NCBI GenBank assembly: GCA_012295275.1
Contig: CM022675.1
Coordinates: 9,858,001 to 9,922,000, forward strand
DNA: 64,000 bases
DNA from: Chrysomallon squamiferum
Lineage: Eukaryota > Animalia > Mollusca
Direction: 5' to 3'
In this document: positions 1-14,659 of the stretch, one piece after another
Layout of the letters: every line of letters starts with the position of its first letter
How positions within the stretch are numbered: the first letter of the stretch is position 1
Position numbers and translations under genes: made by a program
The notes under the pieces: generated by a model
Databases searched by the model: none
What the model was told of the DNA's origin: nothing
What the model saw: only the letters and a program-made list of their open reading frames with translations

Positions 1-774
1 TTTGTGGCCTGTTAAAGGAAAATGCACACAAAAAGTTTTTCAGGTTTTTTGGTGGGTTTTTTTGACAAATTTTAATTTTCTAATATTGTTGTTGTTTTTG
101 TTAATTATTTAAAAATTATTTTCATTTGTTATTTATTTATTTTATTATATTTTTCTGTTATTATTACTTAATATTATTGTTATTACCGTTGTGTTAAATA
201 AATAAAATAAAATAAAATAAAATTAAAATTAAATTAAATTAAATTAAATTGAAAATGGGAAAATAAAGTGAAGAAAAAAAAAAGTTTTTAAACTTTTTGG
301 ATTTCAAATAATCAATTTGTCAACACTTAGCTTTCTAAAGTTGAAAGTTGACAGTAGAAACTTAACATTTTCATGCAGCTCTTAAACATATTCTGTAATT
401 TAAACCAAACAGTTAACAACTTAGTATCTGAAATTCAGCTTACATAAACTAACATAACAGACACATTTTTGTTACAATTTAAGTAACAGTCAATGATTGT
501 AAGTGACTTTTTCATACCTTTATTTGAAACTGGTCATATGCAGTGTAACATGAGTGTATGTGTGTATGTATGTGTGTCTGTCTGTATGTTAGTAATTCTA
601 TAGTTCAAAATGCCTGGATGTGTTTTAGTTAATGGGAGAAGTCATTAATATGAATTAGTGTTGATTTTGGAAGGAAATGCTTTTTGGCATGAAAAATACG
701 AGTTTTACACTCTTCCAAGTCATTTCAGTTCTAATTTAATCATTTTGTGAGAACTGTTGTATGATATTATTATT

Positions 775-965
775 ACATAGATACATACATACATACATAC
801 ATACATACATACATACATACACACTTATAAACAGCCACATGTATATATATACTTGTATGCACAAACACACACACACATACAGCCTTTATATACATACACA
901 TACACATACACTTATATATATATATATATAATTATATACATACATTTATACATATATACATACAC

Positions 966-1001
<36 letters not shown>

Positions 1002-1155
1002 ACATACATACATACATACATACATAGACATGCTTATAAACACACATACATACACACATACACACACACATCACCACATTTTCATTCAACTCTATACGAC
1101 ATTTTCACTTACACATACATACACACTGATAAAAACACACACACACACACATACA
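775..1155. repeat. Compound (CATA)n/(CA)n/(TA)n microsatellite, representative of dozens in the window
   Basis: Directly visible. Similar tracts near 7080-7320, 10020-10410, 25390-25720, 29640-30070, 33680-34330, 36120-36410 and 52530-52840. Confidence 0.98.
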
Positions 1156-1659
1156 TTATTAACCCCCCACTCACCCTCCACACGCCCTCACTCCCCCACA
1201 CAGATTCGCGTGCACGCTGTAGAGTCCGCTGTGATATATTACATTGATTCGACCAATCCCACATGAGAAAGAAGAGAAGACTGAGAGAGCGAGAGAGAAG
1301 AGAGAGAGAGGATGAGGAAGTTGGTAATTTCTACGAGGAAACTACTTCATTTTGATTTTCCTGTCAGTTTGAATTACCACTAGAGAAATGCGTTTGATAA
1401 AAATCTCAGAAAAATAATCAAGTGGGGTGGAGGTGGGGGGGGAGGAAAAATGAAAAGTCATTCATTGATAAACATGTAAACTGTGTTTTGTGGTATTCAG
1501 CATTTTTTTTTCTTTCTTTCATTCTTTCTTTCTTTCTCTCTCTCCAACTTATTTTTTTTTTTGGTGATCTCTTCCTGAATCTCTCTCTCTCTCTCTCTCT
1601 CTTTTGTTCTCTTATCTATGGTAATGATATTAATGATGCATGTAATATATAGTAATAGT

Positions 1660-1703
1660 TAAAATAATAGTAATAATAATAATAATAATGAGTAATATAA
1701 TAG

Positions 1704-1753
<50 letters not shown>

Positions 1754-2010
1754 TATAATAATAATATATAATAATAATAATAATAATATATAATAATAAA
1801 TAATAATAATAATAATAATAATAATATATAATAATAATATATAATAATAATAATAATAATAATATATAATATATAATATATAATAATAATAATATATAAT
1901 AATAATAATAATAAGAATAATAATAATAATAATCTAATAATAATAATAATCATAGTAACAATAGTAACAATAATGATAATTACAGAAGTAGAAATAGTAG
2001 TGGTAGTAAT
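1660..2010. repeat. (AAT)n compound microsatellite
   Basis: Directly visible. Similar trinucleotide tracts near 13105-13480, 19250-19600, 21450-22160, 28940-29250, 49080-49345, 54885-55125 and 60620-61090. Confidence 0.98.
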
Positions 2011-2534
2011 AGTAGTGTTGTTTTTTCCCCGATTACACTTTAAACTGTGAACAATCAGATCATCTACTTGGCCACTCAGAATCTCGACAAGCTGATATTT
2101 ATCATGGTCGCTATTCGCCATTCAATCACGTTATGCTTATTATTACACTCTGTTAATTTTTCTCCCAAATCACAGCTGACTTTTTCAAGCCAGAGCTCTC
2201 CCACTTCCACAGAAAATTATTCTCCTACAATAATGTTACTAGAAGCTTTATGAAAATGATTTGGATTTGAAAGGACTTAAGTATATAAATGGTATTTAGC
2301 AATAGAAAGTATTTTAGTATATTCTTTTGTCTGAGGTTGTAATTATGTGTGTATGTATTTTAATTATAATGCTTTGTTATGTTGTTCTTTGGTTGGTATG
2401 ATTTTAAGTTTTTGTGTGTATAAATCTGTCTGTCTGTCTGTCTGTTTGTGTATCTCTTTCATTCTCCCATTTTTTTTCTCTCTCATTTTTTTCTTTCTAT
2501 CTCTGGTTTTCTTTGATTTTTTCTATTTTTCTCA

Positions 2535-2615
<81 letters not shown>

Positions 2616-2713
2616 CTCATTTTGACATTTCTCAGTTACTAAAAGTTATGTCTAAAATAAATAATAAAAATAATACTAATAATACAATAACTATAATAAT
2701 AAAAAATACATAA

Positions 2714-2771
<58 letters not shown>

Positions 2772-3814
2772 TAAATAAATAAATAAATAAATATATAAAT
2801 AAATAAATAAAATAAAATAAAAATAAATTTAAAAAAAGAACCCCCTCATGTTTATTCTTTAAACTTTTCTCTCACGCCTATTAAAACCGTTTGACACCAC
2901 GCCCAAGCCAATTATCTCCGCGAAATTTCTACATCAATAACTGACCACAACAGTGACCACTGGGAAGTGAAAAATTGACCACAGTTTAGCACATTTACTT
3001 AGCAAAGGTCAGAAACCATTAAACCACAGAACAGCAGCATCTATCATGTTCGTATTTGTCAGGCAGTTGTACTATATGTAATATATCCAACAGCTATCAA
3101 GACCAGACTTTCAAAGAGAAAAATTTCTATTATTCCAAGCTGAAAAAAAACAAAAAAATAAACCATTCGGTCTTTTAGGAGATCATGCACGGATTGGGAA
3201 AAAGGGAAAAAGAACACAAGATTTTTGTTTGTTTGTTTTGTCTTCAATACACTGCGTGAAATTTTATACACTTAATTTTAATTTCTTCATATGTATTTAA
3301 TAATAAAATATATTATATACGTGGGATAAAAAAAAAGGTAGGAAATAGAATTTAATGCCTGGGTAAAGAATTTGTTTGTTTGTTTTCGGAGAAAGTTTGC
3401 TGAAGGAATGCGTTTGACCTTTCTGTTTAAGTACATTAAGTGAATGAAATTTTGTTTGTTTAACCCCTTGTGTGCCATGTCAAAGAGACAGACCTGCTTT
3501 TTATACCTGTGTATAATTAACCAGGTAACAACACATGTACAGGTGAATGGTTAGATCAAAGCAGAAGTTGTTACCTGTAATATATATATATATTTTTTTT
3601 TTACCTTTTTAACGATGAAGTCTATTTTGTCTTATACCTTGTTTTTTTGTTTTTTTCTATTTCTTTAGATTGTTTATTTATTTATTAAAGGTTACCTGTA
3701 TTTTTACCTTTTACCCCTAGAAGTAATGTTTATTTTCCACCTTGGTGGGTTTATCAAATACAAACATTTTTAAGTCAAAATACTTAAATTCACTTCGTTT
3801 TTTTATTCATTAAA

Positions 3815-3845
<31 letters not shown>

Positions 3846-4405
3846 CACACACACAAACAGAGTATTAATGTATGTGTGTGTCTGTATGTTTGTCTGCATG
3901 TGAAATATTTATATGTTTAATATATTTATTTTATTTCATTCCATTTGATAAATTTTAAACTTAACTATACATTCTCCCACACTCAAGTCTATAGTGACCA
4001 ATTAAATATTATACTGACCATAAAATGATATATTGCAGTGACCAATTAAATACATATCTGTATTAATCAGTGGTCAAGTAAATTGTGTGAAACTGACCAT
4101 TTCCTCAATAGGTTAATAGAAGTGAAATGTGTGTGTGTGTGTGTTTTAGTGTGTGAAAGAGAAACGGAAGGGAAGAAGAGAGAGAAATAAATGAATGAGG
4201 GAGAGAAAAAAAAAGAAAAACAGGAGGGTGAGAGGTTAGGGAGAGTTAGAAAGAATGAGGGAAAGGAAAAGAGACAGAGAACTAGGGAATGAAAGTATAA
4301 GAAAAAGAGAGAGAGAATGAGAAAGGGGAGAAAAGAGACAAAGATGGAGAAAGAGAGAGTTAGACATAGAGTGAGAGATGAGAGAAAGAGTGTGTGTGTG
4401 TGTGC

Positions 4406-4463
<58 letters not shown>

Positions 4464-7436
4464 ATTTGTAGGGGTATGCAATTTGTATAATTAAAAATGT
4501 TTGTAACAGAAATAGTTACAGATCACTTTATGAACTCTTAACAAAAACGCTAATTCAGAGATTAAATATAAAATTTTGTACAAGAAAACTTCACTGATTT
4601 AAATTCTCAGCATTGTTTAGATTGGGATAAAAGGACTCAGAGTAACAAGAGGTTGATTGATTGAGTGACCTCTTGGACTTTAAGTGGACACTTGACCAAA
4701 CTGGCCACTCTGATGTCTTGGACAAACATGTTACTAATGGTGTTACATGACAATGCTTTTATCCACAGTGTGTACACCTTTCTTTACCTTCAATTGTCTT
4801 GTCTTAATTTTAATCTTCAAATTAGTTCCCTGTCACTAAATTAAATGTTTGGCCATGTTAGGAATCCTTCTGATGGTCATTTTTGAGCCAGGTAGTGATG
4901 GGGGGGGGATGTCCATTTCGTAGTGGTTGTTCATGTATGCTTGATAACTGAACATTGTTTACAAGTGGCTCTCCTCTTGATCTGTATAATTGATTATCTT
5001 CTCACTGTTTTATTATGTCGGTGGCAGTCCTCTTAATACTGTACATTCATACTTACAGACACACAGACACAAAGACGTATGAGGCAGTAAGCAGACATAT
5101 AAAAACTCACATTAATCAAAGAACATATACATTCTGTCAAAAAAACCCCAACAAAACACTACTACTAATAATAAAAAATCCCAGCTACCCTTCATCTTTA
5201 ATGAACATAAATACAGATATAAAAATCAGGTGAAATTAAGGTAAAATCCACGGCAAAATTATTATAAAATTCAGATAATATTAAGATAAAATTCAGGTTA
5301 AATTAAGATAAAATCCAGTTAAATTAACACAAAATTCAGGTGAAATTAAAATTAAATTCAGCTAAAATCAAGATAAAATCCAGATATAATTAAAATAAAT
5401 TCCAAGTAAAATTAAGACTAATTCAGTCAAAAACATGTACACACATAATTTAATTTACAAACTCTGTTAAGTTCTGTAAACAAAATTAAATAAATAAAAA
5501 TATAAATCCTGCAAATCCAGATTAAAAAAAAACTACCTAAGTCAAGGTAAAAACTGAATAAAAAAAATAAACAAGTAAATCAAATTAAATAAAATAGTAA
5601 ACTCTGCCAGAATTATTCAGTAACAGAGGCCAAAGAAAAACATTAAACTGTTTTTGAATATTCCTCCAACACAGAATAAATCATGTTGTTTTTATTGTAA
5701 ATATTTTACAGTGCAAACAAAACACTCAGATAGTGTTTACATTATGTACAAATACATACATGTACATATTCCATTAAACAGACGTATATACATGAACATA
5801 CAAACATACATATGTACATATATGCATACATATAAACATACATACATAAATATGTACATACATTGCATACAATTATAAATGTACATTTGTGTGTGTGTGT
5901 GTGTGTGTGTGTACCAGTATAATTAAATATATGATATGTATGTTTCTCTTTCTCTAACCCTTTTTCTCATTTTAAAATTCTCTCTCTCTCTCTCTCTCTC
6001 TCAACTACAGTCTACTTTATGAATTACTATAAAAAAAAATTATAAAAAAAGACAAAAAGAAACTAACACATCTGTACACATTTGTTTCTAAAAGCTGAAT
6101 GAGGCACTACCAGAGAAGTTTAATTCAAAAGATAAAATGAATTAACAACAAAAAAAACCCCATTAAAACAAAACTTCCACAAAATGACTTTAAAGTTTAA
6201 TTCTAAACAAATGACTCTGAACTTTAACCTTTACCTTTGAAGCTGTCTTTTTAGAAAACCAAATATTTTAAAACAAAAAGAAAAAAGAAAACTAATAATA
6301 ATTCACAAATGAACCCTTAATCTTTTTTTAGTCACACAATCAGACTTGACTGAGCCAAATTAACGTCATTAACTGAATATTCACTGAGTTTTAGACTCAA
6401 AGTTTATCAAAGCAGTAAATTACAAACAAATCTGGGACTCTTTCTTCTCGATAAAATGAAAATCAAAATGTCTCGAACTACAGTCGCTCATTTCACTTCT
6501 GCTCCGTCAAGTTTATCAAGTCGTTTGTCAAGTTTATCAAGACGTTCTTTCATTTGAGCGAGTTTATCAGGGGTTAATCGTTGATCGGCCATATTTCTTA
6601 CTTGATTTGGCTGAATTTTCTCTGACGAGGCAGAAGAATCATTCGAATCGGCTTCCTAATTAACCCTTTCAGTGCTGTGTGTGTGGAAGCTTATCGAACA
6701 ATTTATCTTTCAGTTATGCTACGTTATGGAGATGTGAATTGCCGATCAGTCAGACTGTCTTTTTTTTTTTTTTGTCTTGTCCTTTTGTATAGAATTAACC
6801 CTTTGTGTTGTGACACAGTGATTCTCAAGTGATTAACCCTTTGTATTTCAAGTGCCCGAAGTGGAGCAGTGGGACAAATGAAAAGTGGATGAAGTGGTTT
6901 TGGGGTTTTTCAGTTGTGTAGAAATACCGAATGAGTCATGGAACTGTGGATGGATGGATGGATGGATGGATGGATGAATGCTTGTTTAATGAATGACTGA
7001 ACGTTTTAATGGTTAATTATGGAACAAGTGGATGAATGAATGAAATAATTAAATAAATAAATGATGGATGGATGGATATTGGGTAGATATATGCATTCAT
7101 AAATACATCCATACATCCATCCATCCATCCATCCATACATTCATACATCCATCCATACATACATACATACATACATACATACATACTTACAAAGATACAT
7201 ACATACTACATACATTGATAAACACATACACATATAAAGACATAGATACATGGACACATACATGCAAAATATATATATATATATACACACATACACAAAC
7301 ACTACACACACAAACACATAAGACTAAATGAATTGATTAAATGAATAAATGAATATAAACAGTAAACAATACGAACAAAATAAGGAACAAATAGAAAAAC
7401 AGATAATTAAGGACAGACAGACAAATGGTTTAAGAG

Positions 7437-7470
<34 letters not shown>

Positions 7471-8053
7471 ATTTCTGATAAATGAACGGTCAAACTTAGA
7501 GGCATGTTATTCTTTTTTTTTTCTGAGAAAGCTGTAACATTTAAATTTAATAAAAAAAGACTTTGAGAAAAAGAGCAAGAGAAGATAAAAGAAATAAAAA
7601 GTTGAGAAAAGAGAGAGAGAAGTTGTTTTATTCAGTTATTTCTGCAGAGTGGCTTGTATCAAGTGTGAACTCAGGAGGCTGTGGCATTAAAATGTCAAAT
7701 TAGAAACATTTGTTTTTCTTCTTTGTGTTTCTCTCATTGATCTCTCAATTAACTTCTTTTCTTTTCTTTTTTCCTTTTTTCTTTTAGTGCATTTCATATT
7801 TATTTATTCATTTATTTACTTATATATTTATTTATTTACTTCTATATTTACTTATTTATTTACTTATATATTTATTTTATTTAAAAATGTGTAAACTTGC
7901 TTCATCCCACATTTCTCTGTTGATTTATTGATATATTCATATACCTGTATGTCTACCTGCATAGCCATCAATCTATATTTATCTATTTATCTGTCTTTCT
8001 ATCTTTCTGTTTGTCTATTTATCTGTCTATTGCCCATCCTTTATTTACCTATT

Positions 8054-8088
<35 letters not shown>

Positions 8089-10196
8089 ATGTGTGTGTGT
8101 GTGTGTGTGTGCATGATAAACAAATTAAAGTTTCAACAGAACAAAACATTTAAAATTTGTTACCAAGAATTGAAAGAGTTAAACTAATTTAATAAACAGC
8201 GCATTTACAATACAAAGACTTAATTAAAGATTTAAAAAAAAAATGCCTCTGCATTCTTTCAAAGCTACTTAATTTGTTTGTACTTTCTCTTTTATCATTT
8301 GGTTTGTTCTTTTTTTCCTTTATTGCATGCTTTGTTCTTTCACCGACTACAAGGCTTCTGGTGCAATGTCGTCGAGTACAATCAAATGACGTTTCCACGA
8401 CGATGTTTTGCTGCTTGTTAACATGCTAATTAGTTCCTAATAAACTGAAACAATTAAGTTGAAGATGGGAACAGAACTAAACAAGATTTAACAGTTTAAG
8501 CGTCCAGAAGTTTTCTTTGAAATCTGGTTGTCGTAGCAACAGACAGGACAAACAGTTGAGTTTTACTTCAGTTTTAAGACATTAAAAAAGAAAGAAAAAA
8601 AATGAGCAATAATGTTAATATTAACCTTTTTACTGCATAAGTGAAAATAGCTCTCGGCAAAATCAACAAGATTAGTAATTTCACTGTTGTCCCACAGATG
8701 GCAGCACATACTGGGGGGATATGGTGTTTGGGAGTCTCTAGGGGGATGTCCATTTCTTACAGTATAATGAAATTTTTTTAAAGGTTGTGTGATAAGGCTC
8801 TGCTTTCTGAAGTTAGACGTAATAAAATTCAGCGTCTGCTTATCACAAGTTGAGGGTTAAAGGGTTTGTGAAAATAAAAATATAATTAAAGATATTATAA
8901 TAGTGAAAAAAAAAAATAATAATAATAATAAAAGAAATAATAAAATAAAATTTAAAAAAATTAATCTTTTGGTTAAAATAAATAAAATAAAGTTAAAAAG
9001 CAAAATGTAATATCCCCATATTATCTTAGAATTATCTTGCCTTTTTACTGCATTAAGAAGATGACATAATTCATCTTGTATTTCCAAATAATTAATTAAA
9101 AATTGTCTTCAAGAAATAGCAAAAATTAGAATCAATTAACATATGAAAGAAATGAGCTTGTATTTAACATTAATTTGAAAATGATATAAAAGGCCATTTA
9201 AAAACAAAATTTAAAAATTAAATTTGCAAGAAAGAGATATTTAAAAATAGAAATAAAATTAATTAATGAAATTCTAAACTTATTACACTGCAAGAAATTT
9301 GTTTTTTCAAGAAAGAGAAATAATTAAAATCAGTGATTGAAATTAAATTTAAAATGTGTTATCTTATAAAATGATTTGGAAGAAAAAAAAAAAAAAATTA
9401 AAAAAAATTTGGCAAAATGGCTTAAATAAAATGAAATTAAAAGTGAATGTAATATAAAACAAAAAATTGCTTTCAGCTTAAAAACATATTACAAAATTAA
9501 AAAAAAAGAAAAAAAGTAGCTTCAAGAAAAAATCAAAGTAAAAAACTAATTAATAAAATGAAATTAAAACATGCACTTACTACAAAACAAGAATGAAAAA
9601 GGATTTTCAAAAATTAATGAAATGAAACTGAAAACATGGCCATATTTCTGAAGATGTTCTTGAGAGGCTGCAAGGGAAAATTTTTCAAATCTTCGTCTTT
9701 TGTTTGGAGAGGCAGAGCGATCATGACAATAAAAAAAAATAAAAATGAAGTGCTGTTCATCATCTGAGGAGAGTGATTAATGGGGAGATAACTGTGACTC
9801 ATCCTGCCTGAGGAGTTTGGTTGATCATATTTCATCTTGATTCACGATGAATCATAGAAAAAAGTTACAAGACATTGTGACCTAGTCTGCAAGAAATCAA
9901 ATAAACGTGATGAGTTGCACATCCGTTCAGATGCATCTGTCTGTCTGTTGGTCTCATTGTTTCTTTTCTTTTACAGGTTGAGATTTTGAGTTACACAGTT
10001 AGCTGTGTTGGATGTACATATATACAAACATACATACATACATACATACATACATACATACATACATACATACATACATACGAACATAAATATATACACA
10101 TACATACATTACATATATATATATATATATATATACAAAAACACACACACACACACACACATATGCACTACATATATACATACACACATACATATG

Positions 10197-10231
<35 letters not shown>

Positions 10232-10758
10232 CATACATCCAAAATACAAAAACATGGATACATATTTCAAAGAAAGAGATTCCTATGTACATTCATATAC
10301 ATATAGATAAGTATCAGTCAAGATCACACAAACACACACACACACACACACACACATCCACACACATCCACACATCCAAATATACCCACATATATATATA
10401 CACACACACACATACTACATATCCCAACACACACTCACAGACTGACAGCATTGCATAGAACCAGCTGCTATGTTGGTGGCAGGCAATTCTAACAACTCGT
10501 ATATAACTAACTGTGAAGCAAAGTGCTTTGACAAAGATAACAAGACCTGACTTACTAATAACACAAATATTGATGTCAATCTTCTCAAGTATTCAGTACA
10601 TTAATGTTCATAATTGGACTTTGGTAGAGTTTCATTAACGTAGATGTAGCAGGATAACTTGGAGCCTGCACAAGAGTGGCAGTCCTCTCAATGAATTGTA
10701 ATTTATATATGAAAGTGGCAGTTCTCTTGAATATAGCATTTGGAAAACTGACAGAAGA

Positions 10759-11036
10759 AGTGGCTGTTCTTTTGATTATTTCTGTTTTGAACAGTGGCAG
10801 TCTTCTTGATTGTGGTTGTTTTGAATAGTGGCAGTCTTCTTGATTGTGGTTGTTTTGAACAGTGGCAGTCTTCTTGATTATGTTTGTTTTGACTAGTGGC
10901 AGTCTTCTTGATTATGGTTGTTTTGAACAGTGGCAGTCTTCTTGATTATGTTTGTTTTGAACAGTGGCAGTCTTCTTGATTATGGTTGTTTTGAACAGTG
11001 GCAGTCTTCGTCATTATGTTTTTCAAATAGTGGCAG
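10759..11036. repeat. 34-bp minisatellite, 8 copies plus a partial
   Basis: Unit AGTGGCAGTCTTCTTGATTATGGTTGTTTTGAAC starting at 10759, 10793, 10827, 10861, 10895, 10929, 10963 and 10997; decayed copies near 10675 and 10714. Confidence 0.95.
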
Positions 11037-13044
11037 TAGTATACTTGAAAAATAGCTGTAGTTTTGGCAAAAGTACAGAATGTCCTCAATTTAACAAATT
11101 AAGAAAAGCAAAGAGTGTCTGTTAATTTTGATAGTCTGTTAAATTCTTAAAATGACAATATTTTAATGTTATTATAATTTTAAAAATTTGAAAATTATAA
11201 TCACAAAGACATCATTCTTGTTTTTATTGTGAATTCTAACTGAATTAGTCTTTAGTCTGTTAAATCTGAAACCAGAGGAAACACTGTCTGTTAAGTTGTG
11301 AGTTCACTGTAGTTTGTATGAGTGAGGTTGTGATTTTGAGTGTGGAAGTTTGCAAAGCAACTATCATGTTAATACTGATATTTGGCAAATATACTGATAT
11401 TTTTGAATATTTTTCTTTTTAGTGCTTTTCTTTTATTGATATCTGTTTCATATGTGGCTATGTAACACATAGACATGCACACACGTACACAGAGATATAG
11501 AGAGAAAGGAAGAAAGAGATACTGAGAGAGAAAGAGTGAAGAAATAAACAGAGACAAATGGAAAGACAGCAACATATTACTTAAAACCAAATTTAAAATA
11601 AACATCCAAGTACATTTTGAAACCCATCAACGTGAATTGTGGGTAACTGAGACTACACAGTTTGTACAAATTGTACAACAGGCGGGTAACAGGGTCTGTT
11701 TAATGGGTGGGTCATTTTGTACACAGACAACTCAATGGGATTTTGGCTGCGAAATGGTTAACAAAGGTGCTATAATTGTCCACACACTTAAAGTTGTTTT
11801 CAGTCTGTTAGGAAGACATTTTCACAGGTTAATATGAAAGCACTAAGCATACACAAGGCAAACACAGCCAATATTTTCTTTGTAAGAGTGAAATATGGTA
11901 CGTTTTCAAAGACGTTTTTAAGTAATTTTTTATTTCTTTTTTTATTATTATCAGTGTCTATCATATTAGATTGTGTTTGTGTTTCATCTTGTGTAAATAT
12001 ATTCATTTTTTATTTATTTAACTTTTTATTTTTTGTTTTTAAAACTTTTTTTATTACCTGGGGTTTTTGGGTTTTTTTTTTTTTCTTTCTGCAGAGAAAT
12101 GCACTGTTTTTCTCTGTTTTTAAAGTAGTATTTCTTTTTTACTTTTTTCTTTCCTTACTTTTCTTTTTTGTTCTCTCTTTTATTTCTTCTTTCTTTTTCT
12201 TCATTCTTTAATATCTTTTCATTTTTTCTTTCTTTTATTTTTCCATTTCTTTGTACTTTTTTTGGTCTTTTTTTTTTTTGTTTTCTTTCTATCTTTTCTT
12301 TCTTTCTTTCTCTTTTTCTGTTATTCTTCATTTTAATTCTTTTTCAATTTGACTTTTTTCCTTCTTATCTTTCTTTTATTTTTTTTATATTTATTTATGT
12401 TTTAAACTTTTAAAATTTTATTTATTATTAGTACTTTTTCTTTTTATTTAGTTATTCAAATTCAGTTCTTTTCCTTTTTTTAAAATTAAAACGTGGCAAA
12501 TCTCTAAGAATGAAAAAAATAATAAAATATTTTATTCATTTTGTTCTCAAATTTCAACTATCTTTTATATAAGAAAATAAATAAATAAATAAATAAATAA
12601 TGTTGCTTTAATGCCACCCCACCCACTTCACCGAAAAAATAAAAAAAAATAAAAATAAAAATAAATAAATAAATAAATAAGTAAATAAATAAAGACAAAC
12701 GTTAATAACAATAATTTAAAAAAAATACCAACAACAATAATAAACTGCAACAGGGATGACCTAGTTGCTGGAAAATTGTCTCCCTTAATAGAAGTTTTCA
12801 GATGAAGACAAAATAAGTAATGGCATACATATTTTTTTTACTTGTAATCCACTTAGAAACATGGCATCTACTTGTGAAGATATTAGACAGTCATTATTGC
12901 TGTTATCTGTTGTAGTTTCCTCTCCTTTAAGTGGAGCACCGCCATAAATCAACCATTTAACTGCTTCTTGCTTAGACAGACAGCCATGTTTTAGCTGGAA
13001 TGCCAAGCTTTTACTTTCTCAGAGAAATGTTAAAAATGGTTTCT

Positions 13045-13058
13045 GTTGTCATGGCGAT
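13045..13058. promoter_or_regulatory. RFX X-box-like palindrome (representative of about a dozen)
   Basis: GTTGTCATGGCGAT compared with the ideal GTTGCCATGGCAAC. Confidence 0.45.
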
Positions 13059-14445
13059 GCTGTTCTCTGAGAATGTCAGTGAATTAGTCTTTTATTTGAA
13101 TTCTATGATGATAATAATAATAACAGTGATTATAATGATGATGATGATGATGATAATAATAAAGTAATAATAATAATAATAATAGCAGAAGTAATTATAA
13201 TAATAACAATAACAAAAACAGTGATATAATAATAATAATAATAATTGTAACAAAGCAACAATAACTTTAGCATTAATAATAATAATCACAATAATAATCA
13301 CAATAACAATAACAACAATTACATAATAATAATAATAATAATAATGACAATGATAACAACAATAACAACAACAAAAACAATAACAGCAATAATAATAAGA
13401 TGATGAAATAATGAGCATAATGATAAATAAACAATAAACAATAAACAAACAAACCCTAAACAAATAATAACAATAATTAAAATTGTGTATATTACACATT
13501 TAAAAAGTTTAAAAAAACAAAAACAAACAATATTTCAAAGAATAAACATTTAAAAATTGAAACTTAAAAGAAGCCATTGTACAAACTTTTTATCTTGTAG
13601 TTATACCCACAAACTCGACAATCTATTATTTATTTATTATTTTCTTTTATTACGATAACTCAGTTTTCTCTTATTTACGCTTCTTTATTTTATTTTTCTA
13701 ATCACCGCAGATACAGAGTCACCTAATACACATTTAGAATATTTAAAAAAACTTACACCTCAATTTCTCGAACAGTACAGAACTGTATGCTACAAAAACC
13801 CACCAGTGTTTATGTTCAGGTGTTTTGTAGATAAGATGCAATACCTTGAAGGCTTCGGTTCTCTTGATGATGGAGGAATGCACACAGAGAGAAAGAAAAC
13901 AAATGTCTGAATCCAGATAATAATTGTAGATGATAAAAAGGATGTTTGTGTCTGTTAGCCTGAGGGGTTTTTGTTTATGTTTGTGATTTGAAAGATAATA
14001 TATTTATTTAGTTTTTTATGTGTCTGTTCATGAAGAAGTAATAATTTTTTGTTTTGGTGTTTTGATAGTTTTGTAATTTAAAAAGAGAAAATGTTATTAT
14101 TATTTTTTTTTTTTAAATTAATATATATTGCAACTACTTTATCTTTCTCTCATTCTTCTTTCTTTCAGTTTATATATTTTTATTTTCTGTTATTATTACT
14201 CAGTGAACTTTTTTTTTTCTCACTTTTTTAGCTGTTAGTATATTTTTTTTCACTGTCTGTATATAAATAAATACATGTTTGTATATAGATGGAGGTGTGT
14301 GTGTGTGTGTGTGTGTGTGTGTCTTTGTGTGATTGAATCTATTTTAGCTGTTAGTATATTTTGTTTTCTTCTTTCTGCACATCTGCACATGTATACACAT
14401 GCACACACACACAGAAACCCCCCACACACAAACTCATACAAAACC

Positions 14446-14488
<43 letters not shown>

Positions 14489-14659
14489 GAAAGAAAATAC
14501 ATCTGTTTTAAAAAAAATCTTCACAGAGCTTTGTCCCATAAATCTCTCTCTTCCCATTGTTATGAAATGATCCAAAGAATGTTTCCAATCCTGCACATTA
14601 TGGGGCAACCAGATGCAATTACTGCCAAGATTGAACAAACAGATGTGCACTCCAACCCA

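Noticed and set aside
1422-1445. G-quadruplex
   Set aside because: Mostly two-G runs plus a homopolymer; weak and not distinctive.
10759-11036. CRISPR-like 34-bp repeats
   Set aside because: Units are head-to-tail with no spacers; this is an ordinary minisatellite.
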